DNA of 64,000 nt. Origin: Corallochytrium limacisporum Hawaii. Lineage: Eukaryota > Protista > Pluriformea. Of this stretch, positions 55,401 through 64,000 are shown piece after piece (the first letter of the stretch is position 1; every line of letters begins with the position of its first letter). The position numbers were made by a program, and so were the translations under genes. The notes beneath the pieces were generated by a model. That model made no database searches, was not told the origin of the DNA, and worked only from the letters and a program-made list of their open reading frames with translations. Location: the NCBI GenBank assembly GCA_002811645.1, contig PDIP01000016.1:62001-126000 (forward strand). Direction: 5' to 3'.

Positions 55401-57752
55401 ATCCTGGAGACTTGTCGACATGTTGGCGTCGTGGAGATCGCGGGGCGCGCGTTTGCCAAATTTGTGCAGGGGTTGTCAGACGAACGCTTCGGCCCGGAGC
55501 ACCTTGCGTTTCTTGCCGACCTTCGACAGGAAGTTGCAGGTCACTTAGTGGATATTATCACGGCCAAAACTGTAAGGGCAGAGTATCTAGATCGAAGAAG
55601 CATTGGACTGTGCCATGTATTGAAATGTACCCTTTTGCTTCACAAAGATGGACCTGCTGAGGATATTTTGAGACCATTTGTTGATATTCACTGCCATAGA
55701 ACTGGACACGACACTGCAAGAGTAGTTGTTAATCATCTCCTGCGGTACATTTTGCGGGATAGTGATGTATCCCACTTGTTAATGCCATTCATGGATGATG
55801 TTCTGAACCAGGTTTTTAAGAACTGCTCGCACCCCAACTGGAGAGTGAGGAATAGCAATAACCTTGTATTTTCAGCATGTATCACCAGAATATTTAATAT
55901 TGGTGCATCTATTCATCAAAACATGCTGCGGGCAATTGAAAATGCGCAGCAACATGAATTTGATCACATTCAAATGATTTTGCCAAATACGATGAATTCG
56001 ATCCAGCGTATGGCAGAGATTCATATTGAATCTGGAGAAAATTCTATTTGGGCTGTTGAATCAATGCCAATCGCGTCACTCTTATGCAATTTAACCTTGA
56101 CTTCAAACTCTAACAGCCCAGGAACACAACAATCTTTGCAAGTGCTAAAGCTATTTCTATTAGACTTTTTGGATTGCCCATTCCAAAAAGTCAGGTCAAT
56201 GTGCGCATTTTGCATCGGTGTTTGTTTCACAGAGACGCAGTTAGAAATGCTGGTGAACATTTTGGTCCAGTATGACGGACACTTGAATGGTAACATAGCA
56301 GAATCTTTCGCTATGCTTATTGTTTTCTTAGCGCGTCGTTTTGATACTTTACTGTCTCCTGCGAAGAAATCATCGATTCAGAATTGTATATCGCTTCTCG
56401 GTAGGCGGCTCAAATACCAGCAAAGCGGAGGAGTCTCCTCCCTGGTGAAACTGACAATTTTGCGACAGGCCTGGCGGTCTTCCCACTCAACCGCCCTGGA
56501 CAGCTTGAGCGAGTGGCTCTGGGAAGGGCTCGATGGTGAAAGCATCGGTATTGCCTTGGCCAGGATTAGTCATGAGATTTCCCCGGAAGTAACCCGTAAG
56601 GTTGTCAAGCGTCTGCTTCAGGACTTCAATGGATTGGAGTTGGTCAAAACTCTTTCTCTACACTGCGAGCATTCCGGCTTTTATGCCCTACTCGCTCTCT
56701 GCTGGGAAGAGATCTACATCGCGGACACCGAGGGCAAATCGCAGACGAACACGTTGGTGGATGTCCTCCTGAGACCCTGCGGAAGGCGTCTCTGGTGTGC
56801 ATGTCTGATTGGTCTAACACAACTTATGAAGGACAGACCAAGCGCCGAGACCGGAATCGGAACGGAACAGCTGGACGCCATCCACACTCGCGTGTGTCAA
56901 TACGTCGGGGAGCAAGACGATGACACAGTCCGTGAGTGTTGTGTGCACTTCTTGATATCCCTGGTGACAGACAAATCATCGGTCTGTTGCCCAGATTTCA
57001 TGACTTCACCAGACGGACGAGTAAAAGGGACTGTTGATCACTTTCTTTGCATCTCCTGCTTAGCATTGGACAGCTGTCCGCAGATCCGTGCTCCAGCCAG
57101 CAAATGGTTAGAATCACGGTCATCGAACTCTTCTGCAAACCCTTACCAGCTCATCCGTTTGGTCTGGAGTGAAATGTTTCAAAGCCCATTCGTGGATGCG
57201 ATGAAGTCGCTCCTAGATAATCCTCTCGACAAGAACTACAGTGATCGTTTGAGATTCACCACCGAGAACAGGGTTGGTGAGGCTCTGAACCTAAATCAAG
57301 CTGTTTTCTCGGTTTTGACAAGCGAATCATTGGCCGACGGGCGAAAGAACGTGTGGTCTCTGACTCTGGGATATATAAGCCACAAACTTGATACCTGGAC
57401 TCTCCAATTCGACAGTCGCCTTGCCAGACCATTGACAGCCGCGGGCCTGTCGATAAAACCCAGCAACACCTATGTTGATCCAGTGCGTGTGGCACGCTTG
57501 GAGGACCACCTGCGCATACCAATCCTTGAGTTCATCCGTGATACCCTTTGTACGGATATCCAATTGGATACTCATGCTCTTGAAGAGCATCTGTCAGGCT
57601 GGAAGCACGATCTTGCAACTGTGGATCCATTCCTCAACAGTCTCGAGTATTATCGCAAAACCGCTGTGGTGCAAGCGCTGCAAAACTTTCTAGGAGAACA
57701 GCAGTCAGTTGAAGTGGACATTTCCACTCTCACGGGGTCACGGAAGTGCTAA
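52419..57752 (+). CDS. THADA: THADA/Trm732-like ARM-repeat protein; start uncertain (ATGs at 52419, 52443, 52509)
   Basis: DUF2428-type motifs RH.G, RRS.GL, LR.I.RD, W.VRNS....FSA...R.F. Confidence 0.8.
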   Translation: MTLLSAHTMARIGKDNYNTFGYGQNEPGSNMNVDIVRSFYGNFPEYQYQNIEKDRIHRCVERCELFATSGNDVLSGTVPAILRSLCDSTDLHSQVDVLNKLRTEAIELKNKAHVSTRGSEIALAVSEAGYVARRAIIELVLSPVAHSLYGLLCKALRAVNDAIGKATGKGTKQMHREFGAEFLLALLENTSVSENSYWQELLISEICIWTKGLCFDDPSGDFKLITRVSQTILQHVDFVTHYDHLLLFPLYALYRVVSNAPNQAQVALEDVEAIIGRTSTILDNAANVERGVEDQQQQINILSLTALLWVKSAIIDGFDAVFTETDAKLRALGEDAVGSRALVFAACTLFSSKAGEQIPSTTLRTVKRVLKTTVHEYFENQYAEESWRWPQMISVAYLRYSTTTVDVTRAVFSVYPESEELDLIRRLAISMANHVVCTEQQHCVLALISALAKALQRLHSGVIDVAWKTHPFQLDLLVSLLDGHGSATTRAVKYKGVVKILEHEEISILFKTQGKNGIDPLARIFEQLQRDRGDGRPTVIYKQLVRAYELGRLRRDYCQQLVEHVRHAISADMQDCNLLLPKGDHSMLRDLVQVLDPSESDYDVCILLYILCNAKGLALERAWTSFEEVDFDLVIWGIIAKRKLVYMYPLVIKLICGPVDAHFGEHLRGSMQRLIAFFDFLLCEDIDRDLLSAIRDSTGAAMASKDTENRGEWAEYLIRECKYALRPSVAPGPGDLLGGCLVDLMQVTSTCQMVCKKFSNDLVIISRLLPTTHNSVLSPLPRMLLESSVISAGLLMEQYLNDINDRLEFMSVESFSDVLAHSSGVVDLIARLEGPLLVFDTASRRFKSTSSADSAGLVTSIDSVLQSMPTQLSEGIFTELVALNICLRQLPGRCLLALDQDSFDGLINLLLNDELGLLPLLQSDTPESANIGDDGNEDIDADDGSYRPMMIAWRVVEQKALILTDVAASSAVAKVTNYDYRALVRRSMKDFFVNILETCRHVGVVEIAGRAFAKFVQGLSDERFGPEHLAFLADLRQEVAGHLVDIITAKTVRAEYLDRRSIGLCHVLKCTLLLHKDGPAEDILRPFVDIHCHRTGHDTARVVVNHLLRYILRDSDVSHLLMPFMDDVLNQVFKNCSHPNWRVRNSNNLVFSACITRIFNIGASIHQNMLRAIENAQQHEFDHIQMILPNTMNSIQRMAEIHIESGENSIWAVESMPIASLLCNLTLTSNSNSPGTQQSLQVLKLFLLDFLDCPFQKVRSMCAFCIGVCFTETQLEMLVNILVQYDGHLNGNIAESFAMLIVFLARRFDTLLSPAKKSSIQNCISLLGRRLKYQQSGGVSSLVKLTILRQAWRSSHSTALDSLSEWLWEGLDGESIGIALARISHEISPEVTRKVVKRLLQDFNGLELVKTLSLHCEHSGFYALLALCWEEIYIADTEGKSQTNTLVDVLLRPCGRRLWCACLIGLTQLMKDRPSAETGIGTEQLDAIHTRVCQYVGEQDDDTVRECCVHFLISLVTDKSSVCCPDFMTSPDGRVKGTVDHFLCISCLALDSCPQIRAPASKWLESRSSNSSANPYQLIRLVWSEMFQSPFVDAMKSLLDNPLDKNYSDRLRFTTENRVGEALNLNQAVFSVLTSESLADGRKNVWSLTLGYISHKLDTWTLQFDSRLARPLTAAGLSIKPSNTYVDPVRVARLEDHLRIPILEFIRDTLCTDIQLDTHALEEHLSGWKHDLATVDPFLNSLEYYRKTAVVQALQNFLGEQQSVEVDISTLTGSRKC

Positions 57753-57848
57753 AATGCAGATTAAAGGAACTAGTTGGGTGGGATTCTTTAATGTATCTCT
57801 TGGTGCATATCTTCGGAAAAGATGGGGTGTGGAGTGTTGAGTACCTGT

Positions 57849-58583
57849 TCAGTCGTATTCTACCTCTGACTCTTCCTCTTCTTCAGTCTCTCCTTCAACC
57901 TCCTGTTCCATTTCATCCTCATCCTCCATTTCATTACCTTCCTCATGTCGCTTATTATCGCTCTTGCCATTGCTATGTGTAGTATCTAATTTGCCAGTGG
58001 TGGAGCCACCCTTCAATATGTCCAAGAAATCTGTCTTTGTGATATTTTTCTTCTCTGGTGCTGCTGTCTTTGCAGCCACGCTCAGCGCGGCAGCGATCTT
58101 CTGACCAGGTTGCTTTTGTAGCTGCCGCTCTTTGACAGTGTTGAATAGTTTGACTACGCCCTTTGTGGCAACACCCAGCAACTTACGCTCACGAGGCCGA
58201 TCTAGTGCACCCGGTTTGGTGCGACCCTTGAGCAGCAACCGCGCTCTTTCAGTACGCCTTTTTCGCTGTTGGATCTCTTCGAGTTTCTGCCTCTCCAATC
58301 TATTCTCTGCAGTCCTTGCAGATGCCAGCATAGCAGTACCGTGGCGCTCCTTTGGCTGTTTCTTCAAAATATTCTTAACAACATCCAGCATGCCTGCCTC
58401 ACCCGGGGCTTTGGATTTTGCACCCATCATTCCTTGTACAGCGTCGTCGTCGTCGTCCTCCTCCTCCTCCACACTGTCTTCAGCCTCCTGCTGATCGAAG
58501 ATAGACTCATCTGAAGATTCATCGTCAGAGGATGCCTCAAAGAAGCCTGTGTCCTCCACGTGCGTGTCTTTCACAGTTGCCAT
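57849..58583 (-). CDS. RRP15: rRNA processing protein Rrp15
   Basis: ERKL..VATKGVVKLFN.V and K..FL..L motifs; acidic termini. Confidence 0.9.
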   Translation of the reverse strand: MATVKDTHVEDTGFFEASSDDESSDESIFDQQEAEDSVEEEEDDDDDAVQGMMGAKSKAPGEAGMLDVVKNILKKQPKERHGTAMLASARTAENRLERQKLEEIQQRKRRTERARLLLKGRTKPGALDRPRERKLLGVATKGVVKLFNTVKERQLQKQPGQKIAAALSVAAKTAAPEKKNITKTDFLDILKGGSTTGKLDTTHSNGKSDNKRHEEGNEMEDEDEMEQEVEGETEEEEESEVEYD

Positions 58584-59114
58584 TGTGTTATTGTCACTTA
58601 TGAGAGCCTGCTCCGCATTCTGAACATTTCTTTCGAAGGGATCTTATTGAGCAAGGGTAATTACAGAAAACTTTCTCTGGCACATATCACATTTAAACTA
58701 CCTCCAATAGTGCTAGTCAATTGGAATTGGTGCATATGTAAAAGAAGCACCTTGAAAACCAAGAATCAAGCGGCTTGGGGTGCGATCCCGGTGGTTCACG
58801 TGGGTTTGGGAAGAAACCTTGTGCGGGTCCCCGAGGTGGGGGGGGGTTGCAGGGGTTGTTTCACGGCGAGGGATAGAAATCAGGGGTTGTGGTTGGGTTG
58901 AGCGAAGCCGTAGAGGGAGGGGAGAGAGCTGCTGGGAAGTGGCCGCCGTGCATCCGCGTCTGGATAAGCGCACAAGTTCTGGACAGGACTCAGGAGTAGA
59001 AGACTATGTTATTTTGTGCTAGAATGTATGTTTAATGATTGAATATGCTTTGTTGACTATCTCTACACATGTCTCACACGACAATCGAAGGGTCGTAGAC
59101 AAAGATAAGACCCC

Positions 59115-59669
59115 TCAGTACGAGTGAATGAATTTGACACCAGGGTTGTTCAGATGATCTTCAAAGTCACCAACTGCCAGAAAAGAAAGGTCACTGTTGG
59201 TGATATTGAGAGGTGCAAAGCTTCCACCCTTCAGTTGAACACTTTCCTGAGCCACTTCAGCCCAGTCTGTGGTCTTCGTGCGTGTCTGCATCTTGAACCC
59301 GCACTGCTTGCCCTCATAAGCTCCGACATTGAATGCTGCCAAAAGGGCACCACCGTTGTTGTCTACGTTCTGTTCTGCAAACTTTCGCAGGGCGGGAGGG
59401 ATAGCATATGACTTAGGATCCGTATTGGCGACATAGGCTCCAACGATGGTCAGTCCATTGCTTTTACAGTAGCTATCGACAAGGCCGATCAAAACCTCTA
59501 ACTGCACCACAGAGGAGGACAGGTTGTGGAAAGCAGGGGCACATGCTGTAATATTCATCTCTTCTCCAGTCACCTTACCAAGCAGCAGACCAGTTACCAG
59601 TTGGGCGGGGTACTTCATGACATGAGAGCAGACAGCCTCATAGGCCTTCGCGTCCCACGAGACCTTCAT
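59115..59669 (-). CDS. EMC8: ER membrane complex subunit 8/9 (MPN-like)
   Basis: AY....H..KYP...V.GLLLG, P.FH, I.G.Y.AN, DFEDHL.N. Confidence 0.9.
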   Translation of the reverse strand: MKVSWDAKAYEAVCSHVMKYPAQLVTGLLLGKVTGEEMNITACAPAFHNLSSSVVQLEVLIGLVDSYCKSNGLTIVGAYVANTDPKSYAIPPALRKFAEQNVDNNGGALLAAFNVGAYEGKQCGFKMQTRTKTTDWAEVAQESVQLKGGSFAPLNITNSDLSFLAVGDFEDHLNNPGVKFIHSY

Positions 59670-59967
59670 AGTGACCAAATTATACTCTGAGAATTCCGTT
59701 GTACAGTAGATAGGATATTTTATGAAAACTTCTTATAATGACATCAGATCTTTTTATACCAGTACACAACATTCACTTAGAAGACAGTCTCACGACTGTT
59801 TCCTAATTGAAACTGAGAACAGCCACCTCGATTGTGCGTGATGTGGCGCACCCCACCCGCAACCCCCCCCATCCCTTTTCCTTCAACGGGTGACGAAAGT
59901 GAGCGAGTGGGGGCCAAAGCAATAACAACCATCGGATACGTTCACAAGTGAGCCGACAAAGTACAGG

Positions 59968-59997
59968 CCCCCCTCCCGCGGGGGGGGGGGGCGGGAG
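59968..59997. promoter_or_regulatory. C/G tract upstream of EMC8; CTCCCGC-(G)n-GCGGGAG inverted repeat around a G12 run
   Basis: Read directly, about 300 nt upstream of the EMC8 ATG. Confidence 0.45.
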
Positions 59998-60240
59998 GAG
60001 GCCAAGTTGGCGTTAAAAATGGAGCACCAGTGGGACCTGGCCCCGCTACCCCGTTAATCATTCTTCCGAATATTCAACGACACTGTGTTCTCTTGATGTA
60101 AAGCACACCGTATCGAAGTTCTGTATGGTGTACATAAGATGTATTGTCTATTGTTCCAATTGTTTTTGACCATCGCGTTTCTGCAAAATTGATGCCGATC
60201 GCAGGGCACCGACATGACTGTCCCAGCCGTGATTTTCCAC

Positions 60241-60888
60241 TTACTGCTCGTCGTCATCTGATTCTTCAGCGGCGAGGTAGTCATCAGCATCAGCATTGGT
60301 GACTCCTGTTCCCGATTCAATGATAGCGGCAACCTCCGGCGTCTTGGCGAGGTCAATTGCCCTTTCACCCTCATTGTTCTTGATGTCTGTTCTCGCCCCT
60401 GCTCTCACAAGGAGCTCGGCAGCACCAGCAGACCCGCGCCAGGCGGCCTTATGGAGTGGGGTGTCTCCGATTTTATCTTGCACATCCAAGTAGGCACCTT
60501 TCTCTACAAGAATCTGCACACAACCGACATGGTCTCCTTTGCATGCATAGTGCAAAGGGCAGCATCCAGCTTTATCCAATCCGTTCTTGCTAACCTTGGC
60601 CTCGATACCCTCCAGAAGCAGAGCTTCGTTGCCACGCTTAGCAGCTTCATGTAGAGGCTGCTTCACTTCGACCGCACTCGCTTCCATGTAGTTTCCGGGG
60701 ATTAGTCCTATCTTGTCCTCAATCACGGCGGTCCACCAACCATCTTCAGACTTTGACTGCACGTACAGGACCTGTCCTGCCTTAAAGGTTAATTCTTCAG
60801 GCGTCCTTGCATCATAGTCGAAGCTGGCTTTGTAAACCTCGACGGTTCCGGGCTTCGCCGGCTTTGTAGGTGGTGGAGCAGCAGCCAT
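60241..60888 (-). CDS. OSTF1: Osteoclast-stimulating factor 1-like SH3-ankyrin protein
   Basis: PPP..P.KPG.V.V N-terminus, SH3, PLHEAAKRGN, NGLDKAG, ankyrin repeats, acidic DY...ESD tail. Confidence 0.93.
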   Translation of the reverse strand: MAAAPPPTKPAKPGTVEVYKASFDYDARTPEELTFKAGQVLYVQSKSEDGWWTAVIEDKIGLIPGNYMEASAVEVKQPLHEAAKRGNEALLLEGIEAKVSKNGLDKAGCCPLHYACKGDHVGCVQILVEKGAYLDVQDKIGDTPLHKAAWRGSAGAAELLVRAGARTDIKNNEGERAIDLAKTPEVAAIIESGTGVTNADADDYLAAEESDDDEQ

Positions 60889-61741
60889 GGCGCGCAACTC
60901 ACAAGGATGTCTACAATTGTGCGAAAGTCAAAGGTATTGTGACAACGATAAAGTTCACTGACACTGTCTGATGTGAGTCTTTCGTACCTGACATATGGGT
61001 CTATGTTATGACAGCCGGGGCAAAAGGCATAGCGCAGCTCCCTTCTTGCTTCTGAACTTGACCACCCCTGTGCGATGAGATGGTTCTCATCATTTCATTC
61101 AAAGCATTGGGGCCACTGCTATAGGCGTCTCTGTGTTCCCATTGCAGACCCACCCTCCATCCACTCAAAATGGGTTGCAAAAAGCATTGCATTTCTACGG
61201 GCTTGGGGCCAGCCAACGGCGACCAGGCAAAGTGACTGTTTATTGTTTTTTTTTCCCTCTTAGTTGGACGGCTGTTTTGCACTGTGCGTTGGGGAAACAG
61301 TCGTTCTCCTTGCGCTGATTGGCTGGGCGAGAGTCGGTAGTGAACATACCAGAGACCAAGTTTTGCTATGGCACACCAAATTGTGGGACAGGAAGGAGGG
61401 GTGATATATGGTGGCTTGGCTGCAAGCGCATACGCTGAAAGGGGAATGTCCGGTTGTGAGTGTACGGAAAAGGCAGACAATTGTACCAAGACTCATGAGA
61501 CCAGGGTCTGTATCCCCGTCCTCTTTGATCGCGGGTCACCAGGGCTATGGAGAGATGGAACATGAGGGGGGAACTGCGTGTTCCGCCGAAGCCGCAGTGG
61601 CGGGGAAAAGGGAGGCACTGATGCTTATATTGAATACTGCGACCAGAGTGAAGCCAAGATGTTCGAGATATTGAACTTGGAGGTATTTGATAAGTCCTAC
61701 ATGGCTCTGCGTGTGTGTGAAGCTTGCTCTATCCAGAGCAA

Positions 61742-61759
61742 TGTGTGTGTGTGTGTGTG
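61742..61759 (+). repeat. (TG)9 microsatellite
   Basis: Read directly, about 50 nt upstream of the RasGEF ATG. Confidence 0.9.
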
Positions 61760-61810
61760 ACGGGAAGTGAAATCCAGCCAACTAGAATGTAACACAAATA
61801 GTCGTCAGTC

Positions 61811-63445
61811 ATGTCAAATACAACGTTTCTTGACATGGTCAGGGCTCATTGGAGCCTTGATCCGCCGTTTAGAGGCCCAAAGTCACTGGAACAGTATCCA
61901 ATGTACCCACATCACTCAGTAGTTACTGGGTCACCCACGATCAGGCTTGCAGAGGATTTTATTGTCGAGTCAATCGGCCATAGCAACAACACACACATAG
62001 GGTCGCGGAAGACTGCATTGTTCGTCGAACTGGAGGCATCTAGCGTTGCTCCTTACAGTCATATTCTGGGATTTCAAGATGATGGACTGTGTTCTTCACC
62101 AGTGCTCTACATTGACTGTAAACAGTACAAACTCCGGATAGTGCAGAAGGAACGAGACGATGAAATGTATACCTTCGAAGTTATCAACAGAGACGGCGAG
62201 GGTTACCGATTCCATACCCACAACGAACTAACACAGCGTAAATGGATCCTTGCTTTAAGTAGTTACATGGCATTCAAGGACGAGTTCATTAGCTTGGAGC
62301 GCGTGCTCGAAGAGCCTCCCAGCTATGATGATATGGAAGTTGATTCTTCCGCTATCATGCTCAAGCAGTTCCTGAAACTGGCCATCAAAGATAAGAGGAA
62401 GGATGGCAAAGCATATGAAATCCTCAAGGCCATGTGGCCTTCTTTTGCGTTTGCCAATGACATGATAACCACCATTGTGGCGGAGTATGGCGATGAGAAG
62501 TCTCACACAAATCGGGAGGCCTGCGCGGACTTGCTAATTTGCATTATCCAGGACTTTGATCACTCACTGCGGCCAGATGTACGGGCTCTGGTGGAATCAT
62601 TGACGTACTATGCTTCTGATGAAGGGGATTTCATAATGTCTTTTGAAGATGTGGATGTGAAAGAGTTCCTGCTTCCCGAGCATCTACGAAGGGTGCACGC
62701 AGTGCTTGAAGCGAAGGATAAGGAAAAGACCGTGGTTACGGAGAAGGGCGCGAAGGTTAAGTTTGTCACCGCAGCAGAACCAGTACAACCGCACAGAGAA
62801 TTCCTGTCTATTCCTCCTGATCGACTAACGACTACCATGAAACCACGGCAGGTTGCAGAGAAGCTAACATATGCGTTCCTTGCATTGTGGCGCCGGGTCG
62901 ACATTGAAATGTACATCCTGTACCCCTCAAATGAACATTCGTGTGTGAATGATTTGCAGACCGCTGCCCAGGATCTAATGAATTACGTCAAGCATAGCAT
63001 TGTTGAGCGGCACACATCTATTCAACGAGAAGTCACAGTAACTTTCTGGATACATACCGCCGAGTTCTTGGTGAAGTATGGCAACTACGAGTGTGCAGTG
63101 AACACGATGATTGCAGTCAGCCACGCCCTGGTGCTCATGCACCAATGCAAGGAAGTCACGCAACACCCCATTGATTCATTGGCCATGGAGCTGTTCGGTG
63201 AGGATGCCAACTATGAGCATGAGTACACCATTGACTTTGAGCACTATCGGCAGCGATTAGATCGGGAACCCTGCCCTATAATTCCCTACTGGGGCACACT
63301 GAAATCCGATATTGTCAACCTTCAAAGCCTGCCAATCCGCTTCCACCGCGGTGGCATCAATTTTGACCGCGCAATCGCTCTGTACTCCATCATCCGACAG
63401 GTGAACCGTTGGCAAGGAGAGCAACAGGCTCAAAAACCAACATAG
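61811..63445 (+). CDS. PH-like plus CDC25-type RasGEF domain protein
   Basis: PH C-terminal helix (FE...YRF...KWI.AL); RasGEF motifs VAE.LT, I..A......GNY, YR..L, P.IPY.G..L.D, INF. Confidence 0.8.
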   Translation: MSNTTFLDMVRAHWSLDPPFRGPKSLEQYPMYPHHSVVTGSPTIRLAEDFIVESIGHSNNTHIGSRKTALFVELEASSVAPYSHILGFQDDGLCSSPVLYIDCKQYKLRIVQKERDDEMYTFEVINRDGEGYRFHTHNELTQRKWILALSSYMAFKDEFISLERVLEEPPSYDDMEVDSSAIMLKQFLKLAIKDKRKDGKAYEILKAMWPSFAFANDMITTIVAEYGDEKSHTNREACADLLICIIQDFDHSLRPDVRALVESLTYYASDEGDFIMSFEDVDVKEFLLPEHLRRVHAVLEAKDKEKTVVTEKGAKVKFVTAAEPVQPHREFLSIPPDRLTTTMKPRQVAEKLTYAFLALWRRVDIEMYILYPSNEHSCVNDLQTAAQDLMNYVKHSIVERHTSIQREVTVTFWIHTAEFLVKYGNYECAVNTMIAVSHALVLMHQCKEVTQHPIDSLAMELFGEDANYEHEYTIDFEHYRQRLDREPCPIIPYWGTLKSDIVNLQSLPIRFHRGGINFDRAIALYSIIRQVNRWQGEQQAQKPT

Positions 63446-64000
63446 CGTCGATTGCACAAATCAGAACTATTCTACATTCATTCAGTTCAATCCAGCAAAC
63501 ACCACAGTCTTCGCCCTACTCTAATCCCCCCCGTTCCCTCCTTCCCCCTCTGTGCACTAGGAAGAGAGCTCTTTGTGCCACCCTGCTTGGGCCGCTCCTA
63601 TCCTCGTCCTGCATACCGAGCGCTAAAGGTAGAGGACTACAACGGCACCGGCGCCCCCCCCCTCCCCCAGGGGAGGGTGTTGGTGACACACAAACGGCAA
63701 CAGCGGACTATTTACTACTGTTCAGTCTATGACATAGATCCGTTTCCTTATGCACGTACTTGCAAGAATGCTGCCAAGTGTATGAATACACCGTACTGGT
63801 AATGAAATATAAAATAGTATGTGCATTTGAAGAATAGTAGACCCCAAGAGAGCTATGCTGCGGTTTGCGACATCACGTGGGCAACCGATTTGCAGAACCG
63901 GAGTGACATACTTCGCAGCACTTCCTGCCACAACTGCAGCGGGCAGCGTCAGGTATCGCAGCAGTGATACTAGTGCTAATAAAGGGAGCAAAGATGACAA

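Noticed and set aside
1-64000. tRNA, rRNA, CRISPR arrays, intact transposons
   Set aside because: No cloverleaf with T/D arms, no rRNA blocks, no repeat-spacer arrays and no transposase or reverse-transcriptase motifs were seen.

Overview
Gene-dense, almost intron-free eukaryotic nuclear DNA. It carries 23 credible protein-coding genes, mostly housekeeping: CAD/URA2, Pcc1, TMEM245, KXD1, an ER DnaJ, CDC20, threonine synthase, glutaredoxin, MCEE, LTA4H, a sphingolipid kinase, epsilon-COP, CMS1, transgelin/calponin, DHRS12, an SNX9-like SH3-PX-BAR, THADA, RRP15, EMC8/9, OSTF1, a PH-RasGEF and two orphans. Animal-like genes (OSTF1, SNX9, MCEE) sit beside a fungal-type URA2 with a dead dihydroorotase domain; together with the lack of introns this suggests a unicellular opisthokont such as Corallochytrium (inference only). 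The one detectable coding intron (660 nt, in CAD) appears to host a cluster of snoRNA-like elements. One has an 11-nt perfect guide to a conserved 18S rRNA segment and predicts a methylation site next to, but distinct from, the known one. Other notable signals: poly(G)/poly(C) tracts in promoter intervals, a cluster of E2F-type sites, an 11.5-kb gene-free block with an orphan promoter-like tract, a tail-anchored threonine synthase and a dual-start glutaredoxin. Gene calls rest on motif recognition without database searches.
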